Below the pieces are notes generated by a model, which saw only the letters and a list, made by a program, of their open reading frames with translations, made no database searches and was not told where the DNA came from. A stretch of DNA of 63,695 nt, counting the filler, from Basidiobolus ranarum (lineage: Eukaryota), in the NCBI GenBank assembly GCA_040143965.1. It is 45 parts of 45 records of this genome, joined end to end, with 100 filler letters (N's around TTAATTAATTAA, not from the genome) between each part and the next. Parts side by side here need not be neighbours in the genome. Positions count along the whole stretch, not along the records: positions 25,579 to 26,897 come from JASJQH010012441.1; positions 26,998 to 28,316 come from JASJQH010012442.1; positions 28,417 to 29,734 come from JASJQH010012443.1; positions 29,835 to 31,152 come from JASJQH010012444.1; positions 31,253 to 32,570 come from JASJQH010012445.1; positions 32,671 to 33,987 come from JASJQH010012446.1; positions 34,088 to 35,404 come from JASJQH010012447.1; positions 35,505 to 36,821 come from JASJQH010012448.1; 37 more parts are not named here. One strand, written 5' to 3'. Shown piece by piece: positions 25,579-38,337 of this stretch (position 1 is its first letter; every line of letters begins with the position of its first letter). A program made the position numbers and the translations under genes.

Positions 25579-26148
25579 CAATATAAAGATGGAAAAGTCT
25601 GAAAGCATGGTCACTCAAAATACAAATGAGAGATCTTTGGCAAAACAACTGGAAAATATTGGTGCAACTTTACAGGAAGAAGATGTCATTATGACTCTTG
25701 TAAGTAGTCTACCAGAACAGTATTCAAACTTGGTTGCAGCTTTGGAAGCACAATCTGACAAGTTGTCTTTGGAGTTTGTGGTGGCAATGCTAATGGATCA
25801 ACACCTCAGATGTAGGAACTTGGAAAAGAATCTGAGGAACTGGCTCTTTTTAGAGCTGGAAAATGTAGCTTTGGCAAGTACAAAGGTTACAAAAGAAAGA
25901 AACCAGGTTTATGCTATGGTTGTAACAGACCAGGACACTAGTTAAAAGATTGCAAATCAAGAAATTACAGCAAAAATGAGTAGTCAGAACCAGCAAATGA
26001 GGTTTCAACCAAAGAGGAAGTTTTATTCATTTCCGCCCTATCAATGACCTCTGAACAAGACTATAGGTTGTGGTATATTGATTCTGGAGCCTCTGATTGT
26101 TTCTCTCATCCAAAAAGCTGGTTTAAGACAATCAAAACTGACATAAAC
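25579..26148 (+). pseudogene. Ty1/copia gag-protease remnant
   Basis: SSLPEQY, CYGCNRPGH..KDC, WYIDSGAS. Confidence 0.85.
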
Positions 26149-26897
26149 CCCTAACAAAAATAAAAACAATTTGATCCAGATTGGATTCACCGCCTGAAAT
26201 AGCAAAACTATCAGAGAACCATCACAATATTGTTGGCTTGCATTCTGCCAGGGATTTTGATGGTGTGATGGCAGTTTCTTTACAGTATCTTCATGGTATT
26301 GACACATGTTAAAATATTGATCCTCAAATTTGGCATGCATTATTCAATATCCAGCAACTTTTGCAAAAATAAAATTTTTGAATAGCAAATTACGAGGTTT
26401 ACTGCTGTAGGAATTCAAATTAATATGCATGCCTTTATTTTGATATTTTAAGCTTTGTATTCTAGCCATAATGAGAATCAAAAAATACAAGAATCTTGTT
26501 GAGTTTAGTCTCTACATATGCACGTATTTGACTGATTAGACATAACTCAACAACATCAATATGCTTTATCAGCAAACTAACAGTGGATAAATTGCTAAAC
26601 ATCTGAAATTTTGAATAGCACTGACACTTGGCAAATAGCTGACTCTTGTTACCATTCACAATGAGAATAAGCTCTTGGATTTTGGCAAATTTACATAAAG
26701 AATTCAGTTAATATATCCCCCACTTGCAGTCAACAAATGTCCTGCCACAAGTAGATGCGTCATTGCTTAAATAGATTACCCCATGGTTAAAACAATCATA
26801 CTGCGTATCTCCATCTATCTCACCAAGAAGTCTGTCTTGCAGCTTTCCTAAAAATACCATCAGATTATCACACAAGCAAATTAGTCCAATTATAAAG
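26149..26897 (-). mobile_element. CCCTA end B with the longest transposase C-terminal segment
   Basis: CCCTAACAAAAAT at 26149; minus frame FAKIQELILIVNGNKSQLFAKCQCY. Confidence 0.9.
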
Positions 26898-26997
26898 NNN
26901 NNNNNNNNNNNNNNNNNNNNNNNNNNNNNNNNNNNNNNNNNTTAATTAATTAANNNNNNNNNNNNNNNNNNNNNNNNNNNNNNNNNNNNNNNNNNNN

Positions 26998-28235
26998 CTA
27001 TCATCAGGTGCTGTAACTCATGAGACAACCTTTATGACACATATGTCCACTGCTCATCAAGAAGAAATAGCCTTTGATATGATTTCATCACCTCACCACC
27101 CTGTCATCCTTGGTATAGCATGGCTCAAGCAACACAACCAAGTAATCAACTGGAAGAAGAAGATTAGCACATTCAAGCAAACTCCACCTCCTAGTCCATA
27201 TTTGCCAACCTGCAAAGTATCCAACTCATCATCAGCCCCAACCCTAAAAGCATCAATGAAGACAATATCCATTAAAAGTGTTGCTAACAAGCTGAAACCA
27301 ATAAAACCTATGGTTCAGAAGCTCCCACTCAAATACTTAGCCTTTGCTGATGTCTTTAACAAAAAGAAATCTGATATATTCCCAGCTCACCACCAATATG
27401 ATTGCTCTATAGATTCACAAGAAGAAAAACAACCACTATTTGGGCCAATCTATGGACTGACCCAGCTGTAACTCAACATTTTGAAAGAGTACATTGCAGA
27501 GAATCTGGAGAAAGGATTTATCCATGATTCAAAGTCCCCAACAGGATCTCTAATCTTAGTTGTTAAGAAAAAGGATGGATCCCTCCATCTCTGTGTTAAT
27601 TATCAAGGCCTAAATAGCAGCACAGTCAAAAGTTGGTACCCCTTGCCATTAATCAACTTACTCTTGGATCAGCTTGCTTCAGCCAAAGTGCTTACAAAGA
27701 TTGATTTAAGAAGTACGTACAAACTTGTAGGAGTCAAACCAGGAGACCAATGGAAAACTGCCTTTCAAACTTGCTATGAATGCTTTGAATACAATGTCAT
27801 ACCATTTGGACAAACCAATGCCCCTGCAGTCTTTCAACACATGATGAATGATATGTTCAGAGAGTTTTTTGACCAATTTGTGGTAATCTACATTGACAAT
27901 ATCTTGGTCTTCTCAAACTCTCAAAAAGAACATAGTATTCATGTTTCTCAAGTCCTAGAAAAATTGAAAGCCTCTGGCCTCTATGCTGAACTTGAGAAAT
28001 GTGAGTTTGATCAAGCTTAAGTTGAATTCCTTGGATAAAACATCAGCCCATCAGGCATTGCTGTGGACCTTAGGAAGGTTGAGTTGGTTCTGTCTTGCAA
28101 TACACCCAAGAATGCAAAGGATGTCCAATCTTTCCTTAGATTTGCAAACTTGTACCAATGGTTTGTCAAGAACTACTACAAAACATATGCTCCATTAACA
28201 AACCTTACAAAGAAAGAACTCCCATATGACTGGAA
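26998..28235 (+). pseudogene. Ty3/gypsy chromovirus protease-RT remnant
   Basis: VILGIAWLKQHN, KKKDGSL, YPLPLI, KIDLRS, WKTAF, YIDNIL; interrupted by LTR1 at 28236. Confidence 0.93.
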
Positions 28236-28489
28236 TATTGGGAAAATATGGGCTGTTTGGAGGAACTTTAGAAAAGTGGAGTTGTGAATAGCTTTGTGAG
28301 ATAATTATTTATTGACNNNNNNNNNNNNNNNNNNNNNNNNNNNNNNNNNNNNNNNNNNNNTTAATTAATTAANNNNNNNNNNNNNNNNNNNNNNNNNNNN
28401 NNNNNNNNNNNNNNNNTATCTATATAAGCCCCATGTATTCCTTGATCAGACCTCAGTCTGATCAATGCCAGTTATCAATAAAGATTCGG

Positions 28490-29140
28490 TTATTCAGGTG
28501 GTTAGCTTGGTGTGAAGAAATTGCTTAGAGACAACTTATAATAAGTCCAAGTTGCCATACATCACCAGAAATATCTTGCAAATCCCCTGATGACTTATCT
28601 GTGACACCTACCTAGAATCAGCTGATGCTATTGACAGGGTATAACTAAATTACCATCATTACAAATTGGGTGTTCTTTCTTCTACAATATCCTTTTCAAT
28701 TGCTCCTATATGGCACATATACTTTTGATACCTTGTCTTAAATTATTGATAAAATCACTCAAGTATAGATCATTGTTCCAGTATCAATGTACTCATCATA
28801 AAGCTGATGATATTACTAAAATGCTTGATGAATATCACTACCAGAATCCCAAAAGTCAAGATTTCTTTGAGAATACATATGATCATGCATTTGCTTTGGC
28901 TCTGGATTGTTTCTTATTAACAAATATACTAGTAGAAAGGCTTGCTGGCCAATAATTTTAATTTGCCAAAATCTTCCTCCTTCAAAATGGTATAGGAGTC
29001 ATAATATTTTGATACTATGCATCATATCTGGACCTATATCACTGGTATTTATAGATAGCTTCCTGGAGCCATTAATTGTGAAATTTGAGTAGTTATCCAA
29101 TATGGTTCAGAAGGAGGAATACTTATTTCAAGCTAATTCT
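28490..29140 (+). pseudogene. Internally deleted CCCTA transposase copy
   Basis: Spacer region joined directly to the YCSY-like region; FALALDCF, IDSFLEPLI. Confidence 0.8.
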
Positions 29141-29180
29141 GACCTCAGATTTAACTCCAAGCTAAGCTTGATATGGTGTA

Positions 29181-29556
29181 TATTGGGAAACTATGGGCAG
29201 TTTGGAGGAACTGTAGTAAAGTAGAGTTGTGAATAGCTTTTGTGAGATAATTATTTATTGTCCAGAAATAAAGCATTTATACATTTTGGTGAAATACAGA
29301 AAACTAACACTGGGGTTGTGTTCAGGACATATGTGGGAGTAAAATGCACTATTTTTAGGGCAATTTGGACAAGTTTTAAATTTCCAATATGGAATTGCTA
29401 ATTCTCACATTATTGACATATATATAATATATGTTCCAATTTGCAGTTAAGTGATATTTGACTAAGTAATCTTAACTAACTTGTATGTGATATATGAAAT
29501 AGTTAGGTGTATAAAGATAGAGGTAACAAATATGATAAAGACAATAAACTTTAACA
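29181..29556 (-). mobile_element. Solo LTR family 1 with 5-bp TSD GTGTA
   Basis: GTGTA at 29176-29180 and 29557-29561; termini TG...TA on minus. Confidence 0.92.
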
Positions 29557-29650
29557 GTGTAGAGTTAGACAGACTTCCAGTAAAACTCCTTTTCTTCAGA
29601 TATAGAGCTATAGCATCAGATTCTATTGAAATTATTAAGGGAGAAATATT

Positions 29651-29722
29651 GATCTGGCCAGGATTTGAACCTGGGACCTCCTTCACTCTAGCAAGGTGCT
29701 CTAACCACTGAGCTACCAGTCC
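29651..29722 (-). pseudogene. tRNA-like sequence (pseudo-tRNA or SINE head)
   Basis: GGACTGG TA GCTC-AGTGGTTA-GAGC A CCTTG-CTAGAGT-GAAGG AGGTC CCAGG-TTCAAAT-CCTGG CCAGATC; A and B boxes present, acceptor and anticodon stems mismatched. Confidence 0.75.
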
Positions 29723-30635
29723 TTGTATGCTATGNNNNNNNNNNNNNNNNNNNNNNNNNNNNNNNNNNNNNNNNNNNNTTAATTAATTAANNNNNNNNNN
29801 NNNNNNNNNNNNNNNNNNNNNNNNNNNNNNNNNNAATGACTACCCTCAAAAAGTGCTTGATGAATATATGATGGTAAGTAAACAGTCAACCCCAAATGAA
29901 TTAAAATTGTGATGGTTTTCTGGTGATGACAAACCTCAAATTTCTTTTCAGTTTATTACCTTTGGTGTAGCTAGAAGGTAGCATCAGTGTTGGTTCTGAT
30001 GCATGGTTATTTACCCAAATTTGCACAGACACTCAAGACTTCTTTTCAGAATTATTGCAGCTACTTCTATTTGATTTTACTGAAATGAATTACTGCTTCC
30101 CAGTTAGGACACATTGTATTTGTGAACATGTTGTAGTGCTTGTAATTATAATGTTACTTGGGTATTGTTGCAGATGTGACGCTGATCTAAAAAAGTTTTT
30201 AATCGCATTTTTGGCACACATCATTAACTAAATAGCAACCTCCTGGAAAATATCTTTTTTTTGCCATTTAAATGCTTTCCTTTCAAGTGTCTAACTATTT
30301 GAAACATGGATGCCTTGTTAGTTTCTTCTGTATGCACAAGAATATGGAGCTTGTTATAAATGGTTTTCTAGAGCCATGCTGACAGAAAGCTTTTTGTTGG
30401 TGAACAAAATTGCTGAAAGCTATAAATCAAACTTCTTGATGCCACCATTAATTGAGGTTATTCCACCTGTTACTGCAGCAGTGACAGATGTTAAACCTTT
30501 GATATATCACAAAAAGTTCTAATAGTAAAGCTAGTAATCTGGCAGGGTTTAGTATTGAGGCAGAGCTATAATAACCAATGTAGCACTATTAGCAAGCAGA
30601 GACTGACAAAAATTTTTAAAAAAGTGTATATATTG

Positions 30636-31152
30636 GCAGAAACTTAAGGATTGCTATTTTAAGAAAACCATCACAATGTTGATCCATTTAGGATTGATCA
30701 TTTACTTATTGTCATAAAATTGTCAAGTTAGGTTTGATTTTAATCAATTTTTTCAGTTTCAGGAGTGAAATTTCAAGATCTTGCAAAATGGTTGCACATG
30801 ATTGGCTACAATCTCAGAGAACTATGGATCAGCACATGTGTGAAAAAGATAACTCAAATTTCCCAGATATCTGCACAGTCAACACCAGACTGAATGTCAA
30901 GTTGAATGCTCCTCTTCTGAGACCACTTTCTGTATACTTGCATTATGATTTTCTCTTCATACTTTTGAAAATACTCCTCAAGCACTCTGACTATTTTTGT
31001 ACATCCTTGTAGTGTGACACTACTGAGGGTACTTTGTGGTGTTTGTGTGGCTCTTTGCTTGCCTTTAAGTTTGGGGCTAATTCAATATTTTGAAAAGTAC
31101 CATTTGAGGTTGGAGAGCTGTGAGTTTTATTTGCTGGTGTTATGGCTTGTTG
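30636..31152 (-). mobile_element. Degenerate CCCTA end A with deleted ORF2 3' part
   Basis: Homology to 55021 and to the reverse complement of ~53150-53440. Confidence 0.75.
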
Positions 31153-31252
31153 NNNNNNNNNNNNNNNNNNNNNNNNNNNNNNNNNNNNNNNNNNNNTTAA
31201 TTAATTAANNNNNNNNNNNNNNNNNNNNNNNNNNNNNNNNNNNNNNNNNNNN

Positions 31253-31456
31253 ATCTCTTCAGTCATACTAATTATTAAAGCTGCACATTACACTCTTGCT
31301 ACCAAATTCCAAGTCAATAAAAGCAACTGCACTTCTTGATTCAGATGCTTCTTCCTGTTTTATTGACTCTGCCTTTGTCAAATCCCACTCTATCCCAACA
31401 ATCAAGAAATCTAGTTCAGTCCTTGTAGAAGTAATTAATAGGAGGCTGCTATAATC
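31253..31456 (+). pseudogene. Ty3/gypsy aspartic protease remnant
   Basis: KATALLDSDASSCFIDSAFV. Confidence 0.8.
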
Positions 31457-32570
31457 CCCTAACAAAAATGAAATTGATTTGATCCAGATTGGATCCACCC
31501 TCTGAAATAGCAAAACCATCAGAGAACCATCACAATATTGGTGGCTTGCATTCTGCCAGGGATTTTGATGGTGTGATGTCAGTCTCTGGATGGTATCTCA
31601 ACAGTATTCACACATGCTAAAATATCGATCCTCAAATTTGAAACATGTTATTGAATATTCAGCAATTTTTGCAAATATCTAATTTTTGAATGGCAAATTA
31701 CTGGGTTTACTGTTGTAGGAATTCAAATTAATATGGATGCCTTTATTTAAATATCTTAGGCTTTTCATTCCAGCCACAATGAGAATCAAAAAATACAAGA
31801 ATCTTGTTGTGTTTAGTCTCTATATATGCACATACTTGACTGATTAGACATAACTCAACAACATGAATATGCTTTACCAGCAAACTAAAGGTAGAAAAAT
31901 TGCTAAACATCTGCAATTTTGAATAGCACTGGCACTTGGCAAATAGCTGACTCTTGATACTGTTCACAATGAGAATAAGCCCTTGGATTTTGGCAAATTT
32001 CTATCAAGGATTCAGCTAATATATCCCCAACTTGCAGTCAACAAATGCATAAACCTGTAATAAAGTTTTTTGTATCCAATTGCAAAATCTTTGCACAGTC
32101 ACTATATCTGGCTGAGATCTGCCAATGTGAGTTGATGCCATAAGAATATATTAACAATATTGACAAACAACTTCCAATGTTGCCAATACTTATCAGGCAG
32201 AAATCCTTTCAAAATTCCACATAAATATATGCAATTCCAATACTTGCAGTCTTTGAACTTGAATGAATGCCAAGATGAATGGATATTGATGGGAGTCCTG
32301 GTAAAATATGATGGTATCTTGACGTTTTCAAGCATTTTTGCAATTCATTCAAACTTTGATCCTATATCAAATGGCTCATTCATATTAAATTTTCCACTAT
32401 ATAGCTGAGTAAGTAGTATTGGAATGTTTTTGAATAGTAAGTGCATAGTGCCTAATGGCAAGCTCTGGCTCCAGCTGATCCCCTTTAGCAATATAATCTT
32501 AGGCTTATGGCTAATACCAAGTTTGATATTAGACTGACTATTTGGTGAATTGATATCAGTGATCATGTTG
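31457..32570 (-). mobile_element. CCCTA end B contiguous with transposase core (internal deletion near 32050)
   Basis: TIR at 31457, C-terminus, then LPDKYWQHWKLFVNI and MHLLFKNI on the same strand; links the transposase to end B. Confidence 0.9.
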
Positions 32571-32670
32571 NNNNNNNNNNNNNNNNNNNNNNNNNNNNNN
32601 NNNNNNNNNNNNNNTTAATTAATTAANNNNNNNNNNNNNNNNNNNNNNNNNNNNNNNNNNNNNNNNNNNN

Positions 32671-33987
32671 TTAATTACTGAAGGATTATAAGTCATATGA
32701 TTGACAAGGGTTTTCCACTTGTACCAGGTTTGTGGCAAGCAACAGTAGCCAATCAGCTGTGGTAAAAGTGTAAGAAAACCAACAAGCATCTGGTTGCTAA
32801 GATTGGATTGAACTCTCCACTCCTCAATAATCAAAGCTGCTTCCTTTACTGTAAGTATTATGAGTGGACCAATGTTTGCTAATAACAAAGAGTCCGTAAC
32901 AAAACCATTGTCTTCTTCTTCAACTTCTGATATACTACCATCAGAACTGGAATAACCAAGGTCAACATCTAGCAGCAAGTCCTCAAAGTTGTCTGGACTT
33001 ACTGGTTTGGCCAAAGTTGCATTTTGATCTACATCATTCTGGTCATATAACTGTGGTAACTCCACGGTATCTTGACTTTTGGCAGTGTTATCAAAACTTT
33101 GAGGCAAACTACAGTCAGTGGACTCAATAGGCAGAACTAAAGTTGATTTAGTGCACTTATTACTGTCATTATACACCAGGCTTTATGGAGCTGGTGGCTT
33201 TGTACAGTGACCATGCTTGTGATTATTTTTTCTATGAAGCCCCTGGCTTTCATAGCACAAGAATATACAACAACAATAGGAGGGCTTCTGTAAACATTTG
33301 TGTTGTGGCATGAGAAGGATATTATAGAAAAAAGAAAACCTCCCACATAAGGGTGGTATTTGAGGCATTGCCCATCAATATCATCAGTTGATTCTGATAT
33401 GGTGTCACAGATGAGTCATCAGGGTATTTACAAGATATTTCTGGTCATGGATGGAATTTTTGGTTTATTTTACGCTATTTTTAAGCAATTTCATTACACC
33501 AAGTTTACCATCTGAAAATATTCAAAATCTAAGTCAAAATTGGCTTCCAAGCCAAAGCCTGCTGGTACAAAAGTAAAAAAACCAGCAAGAACAGGGGACT
33601 TGATTGATGAGCAGTGTAACGGTCCACTAACCACCTTGGAAGGCGTTAACATGCCAGAAACTAAATCAAGTAATGATGAAGCATTGAGCAACTTACCAGA
33701 TGTGTTCTTTTCCAGCGATAGTGCAAGTGAAGAGATTCAATCCCCCATTGACATCGTAAATCAATAGTTGAGCAAAGTTCAACTGAAATGCCGTCAAGAC
33801 CATCAACCTCCAAAATGGCTACTTGGCCCACTATTGAACAACCCTCCATAGAAAATTTGGATAGAATTATTACAATAAGAGAATTGCAGGCAGAACACCA
33901 TAATGATTTGTATGCAATCATAAGTAAAAACTATGAAGTTGCTATACAGGCCATGACAAGCAATAATGCCACAATATTGCAATTAAT
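32671..33987. mobile_element. CCCTA centre: transposase N-terminus (minus, ATG 33311) and ORF2 N-terminus (plus, from ~33520)
   Basis: MPQHKCLQKP on minus; ASKPKPAGTKVKK...RELQAEHHNDL on plus. Confidence 0.8.
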
Positions 33988-34087
33988 NNNNNNNNNNNNN
34001 NNNNNNNNNNNNNNNNNNNNNNNNNNNNNNNTTAATTAATTAANNNNNNNNNNNNNNNNNNNNNNNNNNNNNNNNNNNNNNNNNNNN

Positions 34088-34979
34088 TCTGAGGATTCAG
34101 ATATTATGACATATGTAAATGGTGTCAAGAAACTTGCCCAACAACTGGAATCAGTGAATTATGAAGTACCTGAAATGGTTATAATTCTTACCGTATTCAA
34201 TATTCTCCCTGAATAATATTCAGCCCTTGTACTCACTTTGGAAGCAATTGGGGATAAGCTTACTCAGCATTATCTGATCACTCATCTTTGTCAAGAAGAA
34301 TTTAAAAGGAAAGACAAAAGTCAGTTTACAGATGAAACAAAAACTACTCAAGCATTTTATTCTCAAAATAGCCAACCCAAAAGGAGCACTGTGAAATGTT
34401 ACAAATATGGAAAACTTAGACATATAGCATGTTATTGCAGATCAAAGAAGAAATGAATTTCAAAGAAAAAGGAAGTATATAACACCACTAAGAGAGGAAA
34501 TGAACACTATGTACTTATGGCAACCTCTAAATCAGGAAATGACTCTGCTGATGTCTGGATTCTAGATTCTGGTACAAGTGATTAAATGTGTTAAAATAGA
34601 AACGTGATGCATGACTATAAGGAAATAGAACCTCTGGACATCATTGTAGCTGGAAGAAACAAACTAGTAGCATATGGAATGGCAAAGGTCACACTTGACT
34701 TACAATTAAGTAAACCAAAAGTGTAATGGTAACCTTGGAAGATGTCTTCAATGTTCCTTCATTTACAACAAGTCTGTTTTCAATTGGAGCAATTGAAAAG
34801 AAACACTATGATGTCAAATTCAGCCAAGGAAAAGCAACATATACAAATCAAAGGACTTGATAGTAGCAACTGGAACAAGAATTAGGGATCTACATCACCT
34901 GGATATTGCACCAATATCTAAGACTGTTTCTAACTTTGCAACAAATACTTCTGGAAACATGATGATGTGGCATCAGCAC
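34088..34979 (+). pseudogene. Ty1/copia gag-protease remnant
   Basis: Paralogue of 5690-6646; WILDSGTS; MMMWHQ. Confidence 0.88.
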
Positions 34980-35404
34980 TGTAGAGAGGTAGCTTTGCTA
35001 CCCACTGACAGGATGATTTATTTCTACTCAGAGCTCATATCATTACTGTTGCACAATTTCTATTTTATTATCCATATTTGACTTACCCATAGTTTTTAGC
35101 CAATTATATCACACTATTAGTATTATCCCCTATTATTTGAGATTTATCAGTATTAACTCACATTAGCCCTGTTATTTTCTTCAAAATACTACAATCTCCC
35201 TGAACATTCCACAAGATTCTTGGAATATTTGATGATTGATTGAGTTTTGACCAATCAGAACATGATTTTGCTGGAACATTCCATGACTTTCTGGATTATT
35301 CTACAACCTTCTGGCATATTCCATGAATTGCTAATCTTATGATTGATGGTGATATCATAACCCTAGATCCACACCAATAGAATTATCTGGAACTTTCTGG
35401 AAAT
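34980..35404 (+). repeat. Probable LTR family 5 (second copy 51076-51231 minus)
   Basis: Both copies start at TGTAG and interrupt different elements. Confidence 0.65.
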
Positions 35405-35504
35405 NNNNNNNNNNNNNNNNNNNNNNNNNNNNNNNNNNNNNNNNNNNNTTAATTAATTAANNNNNNNNNNNNNNNNNNNNNNNNNNNNNNNNNNNNNNNN
35501 NNNN

Positions 35505-36821
35505 AAAGCAGTTTTAACATGCATTTAATTGATTTTTAAGCTGTGTCTTGCTGCTACTGCTAGTATGGCTCTGATGGAGTTAAACTTTGCTACAGGAGCA
35601 AATGTTTCATTGTAGTCCACTCCTTCCATTTGAGAGTATCATTTAGCCACAAGTCTGGCTTTATATCTCTCTAAAGATCCATCAGCTTGCAGTTTATTTT
35701 TAAACACCCATTTGCATCCAGTTGATTTTTGTTCATCAGGTAACTTAATCAAAGCCCAATTTGGTTATCTACAAGTGACTATTTCTCCTCTGCCAATGCA
35801 GCACTCCAAAGCTTTGTGTTGGGCCTCTCCACAGCCTCCTGTACTGATTTGGGTTCATCAGAATAGGCTAAATTAGCACTAGGCTTCTTTTGGCCAGTAT
35901 GAGAATAGTAATCAGTCGGAGATCTCATCTGATTGGATGTCCTAAGATGGGAAATTGGCAGTACATCTTCTGGCACAAATTTAGGCAATAAAACCACCTC
36001 AGGCTTGGTTAAGGAGACTGCAGGTGGGGAATTTTTGATTTTTTTCTCACTGATCAGGATCTGGTGAGAAAAAGTAGAATTTTCAAAATTTTCAGTTGTT
36101 TTCTTGATCCTCAATTGTTTTGATTGAAATTTTCTTTCTTCAGCAAATTCCACATCCCTTGACTTGATTAGCCTTTTATTTTCAGTGTCATATAGTCTGT
36201 ATCCTTTTGTTTCATCACAATATCCCAGAAAAAGACATTTCTGGCTTTTTTGGTCTAATTTTGATCTCTTCTGGTTAGAGATCATTGGATATGTGGTACT
36301 TCCAACAACTCTGAAATTAGCCACATCAGGTTTAGTTGCAAACCAAGCTTGATAAGGTGTCATAGCCAATAGAGACCTTGAAGGATATCTATTCCTAATA
36401 TATACTGCAGATGCAACCAATTCAGCCCAGTACTGTTTTGGTAAATCTTGATCATGAAGCATTGATCTTGCCTTTTCCACTATTGTTCTGTTTGCACATT
36501 ATGCTACTCCATTCTGCTGTGGAGAATATGGCGCTGAAGTCTGCTGTTTTATCCCATGTGTTGAGCAGAAGTTAGAGAAGAGTTTTGAGGTATATTCACC
36601 TACATTGTCACTACAGATAATCTTAATGTTTTGACTTGTTTCAGTCTCCACCATTGCTTTGAATTTCTTGAAGGTATCAAAGGCTTCATCCTTACTGGCC
36701 AGAAAGTACACCCAAGAATACTTTTTCTCATCATCAATAATGGTCGTAAAACACCTTTTTCTGCCTAAGGATTTTGTCTGCATTGGGCCACATAGAGCTG
36801 AGTGTATCAGGCCCAATTTTT
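35505..36821 (-). pseudogene. Ty1/copia integrase to RT start
   Basis: LCGPMQT, IIDD, SAPYSPQQNGVA, KCLFLGYC...[30 protein letters not shown]. Confidence 0.95.
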
Positions 36822-37149
36822 NNNNNNNNNNNNNNNNNNNNNNNNNNNNNNNNNNNNNNNNNNNNTTAATTAATTAANNNNNNNNNNNNNNNNNNNNNNN
36901 NNNNNNNNNNNNNNNNNNNNNATAGAGGTGTAAAGAGAAAAGCAAGACAATTTATTGAATCAAAAGATATTCCCAAAGGCAAATTGGAGCAGTCTACACC
37001 ATTGCAGAGATGTACTAGATCACTCCAAATCAAAGAGACTCCTGACAAGGTATCTATTTCACTAGAAGATTCTACACAACTCACCACTAGAATTGAGGTA
37101 ACACCTCCAACAAGGGCAAGAGCCCAATGAGTTGGTTCATCAGCTAGTA

Positions 37150-38100
37150 GTACACATCAACAGCAATGCCAGCTTGGAAGAGTCTGTGATGTTTCTCCCA
37201 TTTTTGAAGACAAGCAAGCAGTCAATGAAGAACCAGAAAGAGGATGGCCAGTGTTTTCATGCATTGCAGCATGCAATTTACATGATTCAACCAAACTAAC
37301 CAGTCAGCTTTTTACATCTGGAGAAGAGTCAGTTCCAATGAGCATGCCACCAGAAAGAAATACTGGTTTAACGTGTACAACCATGCAACAGCAACACATG
37401 CCAACCACAAGAATCATTGAACCTTCCACTTTGTTGGATGAAGATCTGACACCTGAGAGCAATTGACTAAGACATTAATCTGCTACAATGCTTACCTCCA
37501 CAAGACCAAGACAATGGGTATTTGAGAGAGATAGTGAAGCTCTTACTGAGCTTAAAGAAGCCACAACAGTCAAACAAAAACCTCGACATAGATGATATGC
37601 CCCAACATGTTCTGCCATGCAACCAGGGTCACAGTGGCCAGTCAAAAGAGATGAAGCTTCTACCATGGTTGAAGAGGTAAGAACTGCCAAATGCAAACCT
37701 GAAGATATACAACTCACTCCAACATATACTGGAATGCAACTGCAGTCATGGCCAGTCAAAAGAGATGAAGCTTCTACTGTGGTTGAAGAGGCAAGAACTG
37801 CCAAACACAAACCACAACGTTGACAACTTGCTCCAACATGTACTGCCATACAACCATGGTCACAGCCAGTCAAAAGCGATGAAGATTCCACCATGGTTGA
37901 AGAAGCAATAACTGTTGAGCACAAAACTCAAGGCAGACAACTTGCTCCAACACATTCCACCATGCAACGGAGGTCATGGCGGCCAGTCAAAAGAGAAGAA
38001 GCTTCTACCATGGTTGAAGAAACAGCTACTGTCAAGCACAAACCTCAAGTGAGACATTCCGGGTTGATGAGTAGAGCTGTGCACCAGCAGCAATGGCTGG
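37150..38100 (+). repeat. Coding tandem repeat, ~114-bp (38-aa) units
   Basis: CCAGTCAAAAG at 37638, 37752, 37866 and 37983; older degenerate units upstream. Confidence 0.85.
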
Positions 38101-38337
38101 TGACCCATTAAGTGAAGGCTCCACATCTGAAGAAGAGACTCTAGATACAAACAAACCGCAAACTAGACCGGACAAGCCAATGCATACCACAGCACATCAA
38201 GCTCTAGCCAGAACTCATGCTGGCTGAGGTAGAGGAANNNNNNNNNNNNNNNNNNNNNNNNNNNNNNNNNNNNNNNNNNNNTTAATTAATTAANNNNNNN
38301 NNNNNNNNNNNNNNNNNNNNNNNNNNNNNNNNNNNNN

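Noticed and set aside
26041-26340. Recurrent MHAKFEDQYFNM ORF near end B as a third gene
   Set aside because: Runs off the TIR without a stop and recurs only because the end is repeated; no coding evidence
29651-29722. Amber-suppressor tRNA (CTA in the loop)
   Set aside because: In the canonical register the anticodon is AGA, and the stems are defective
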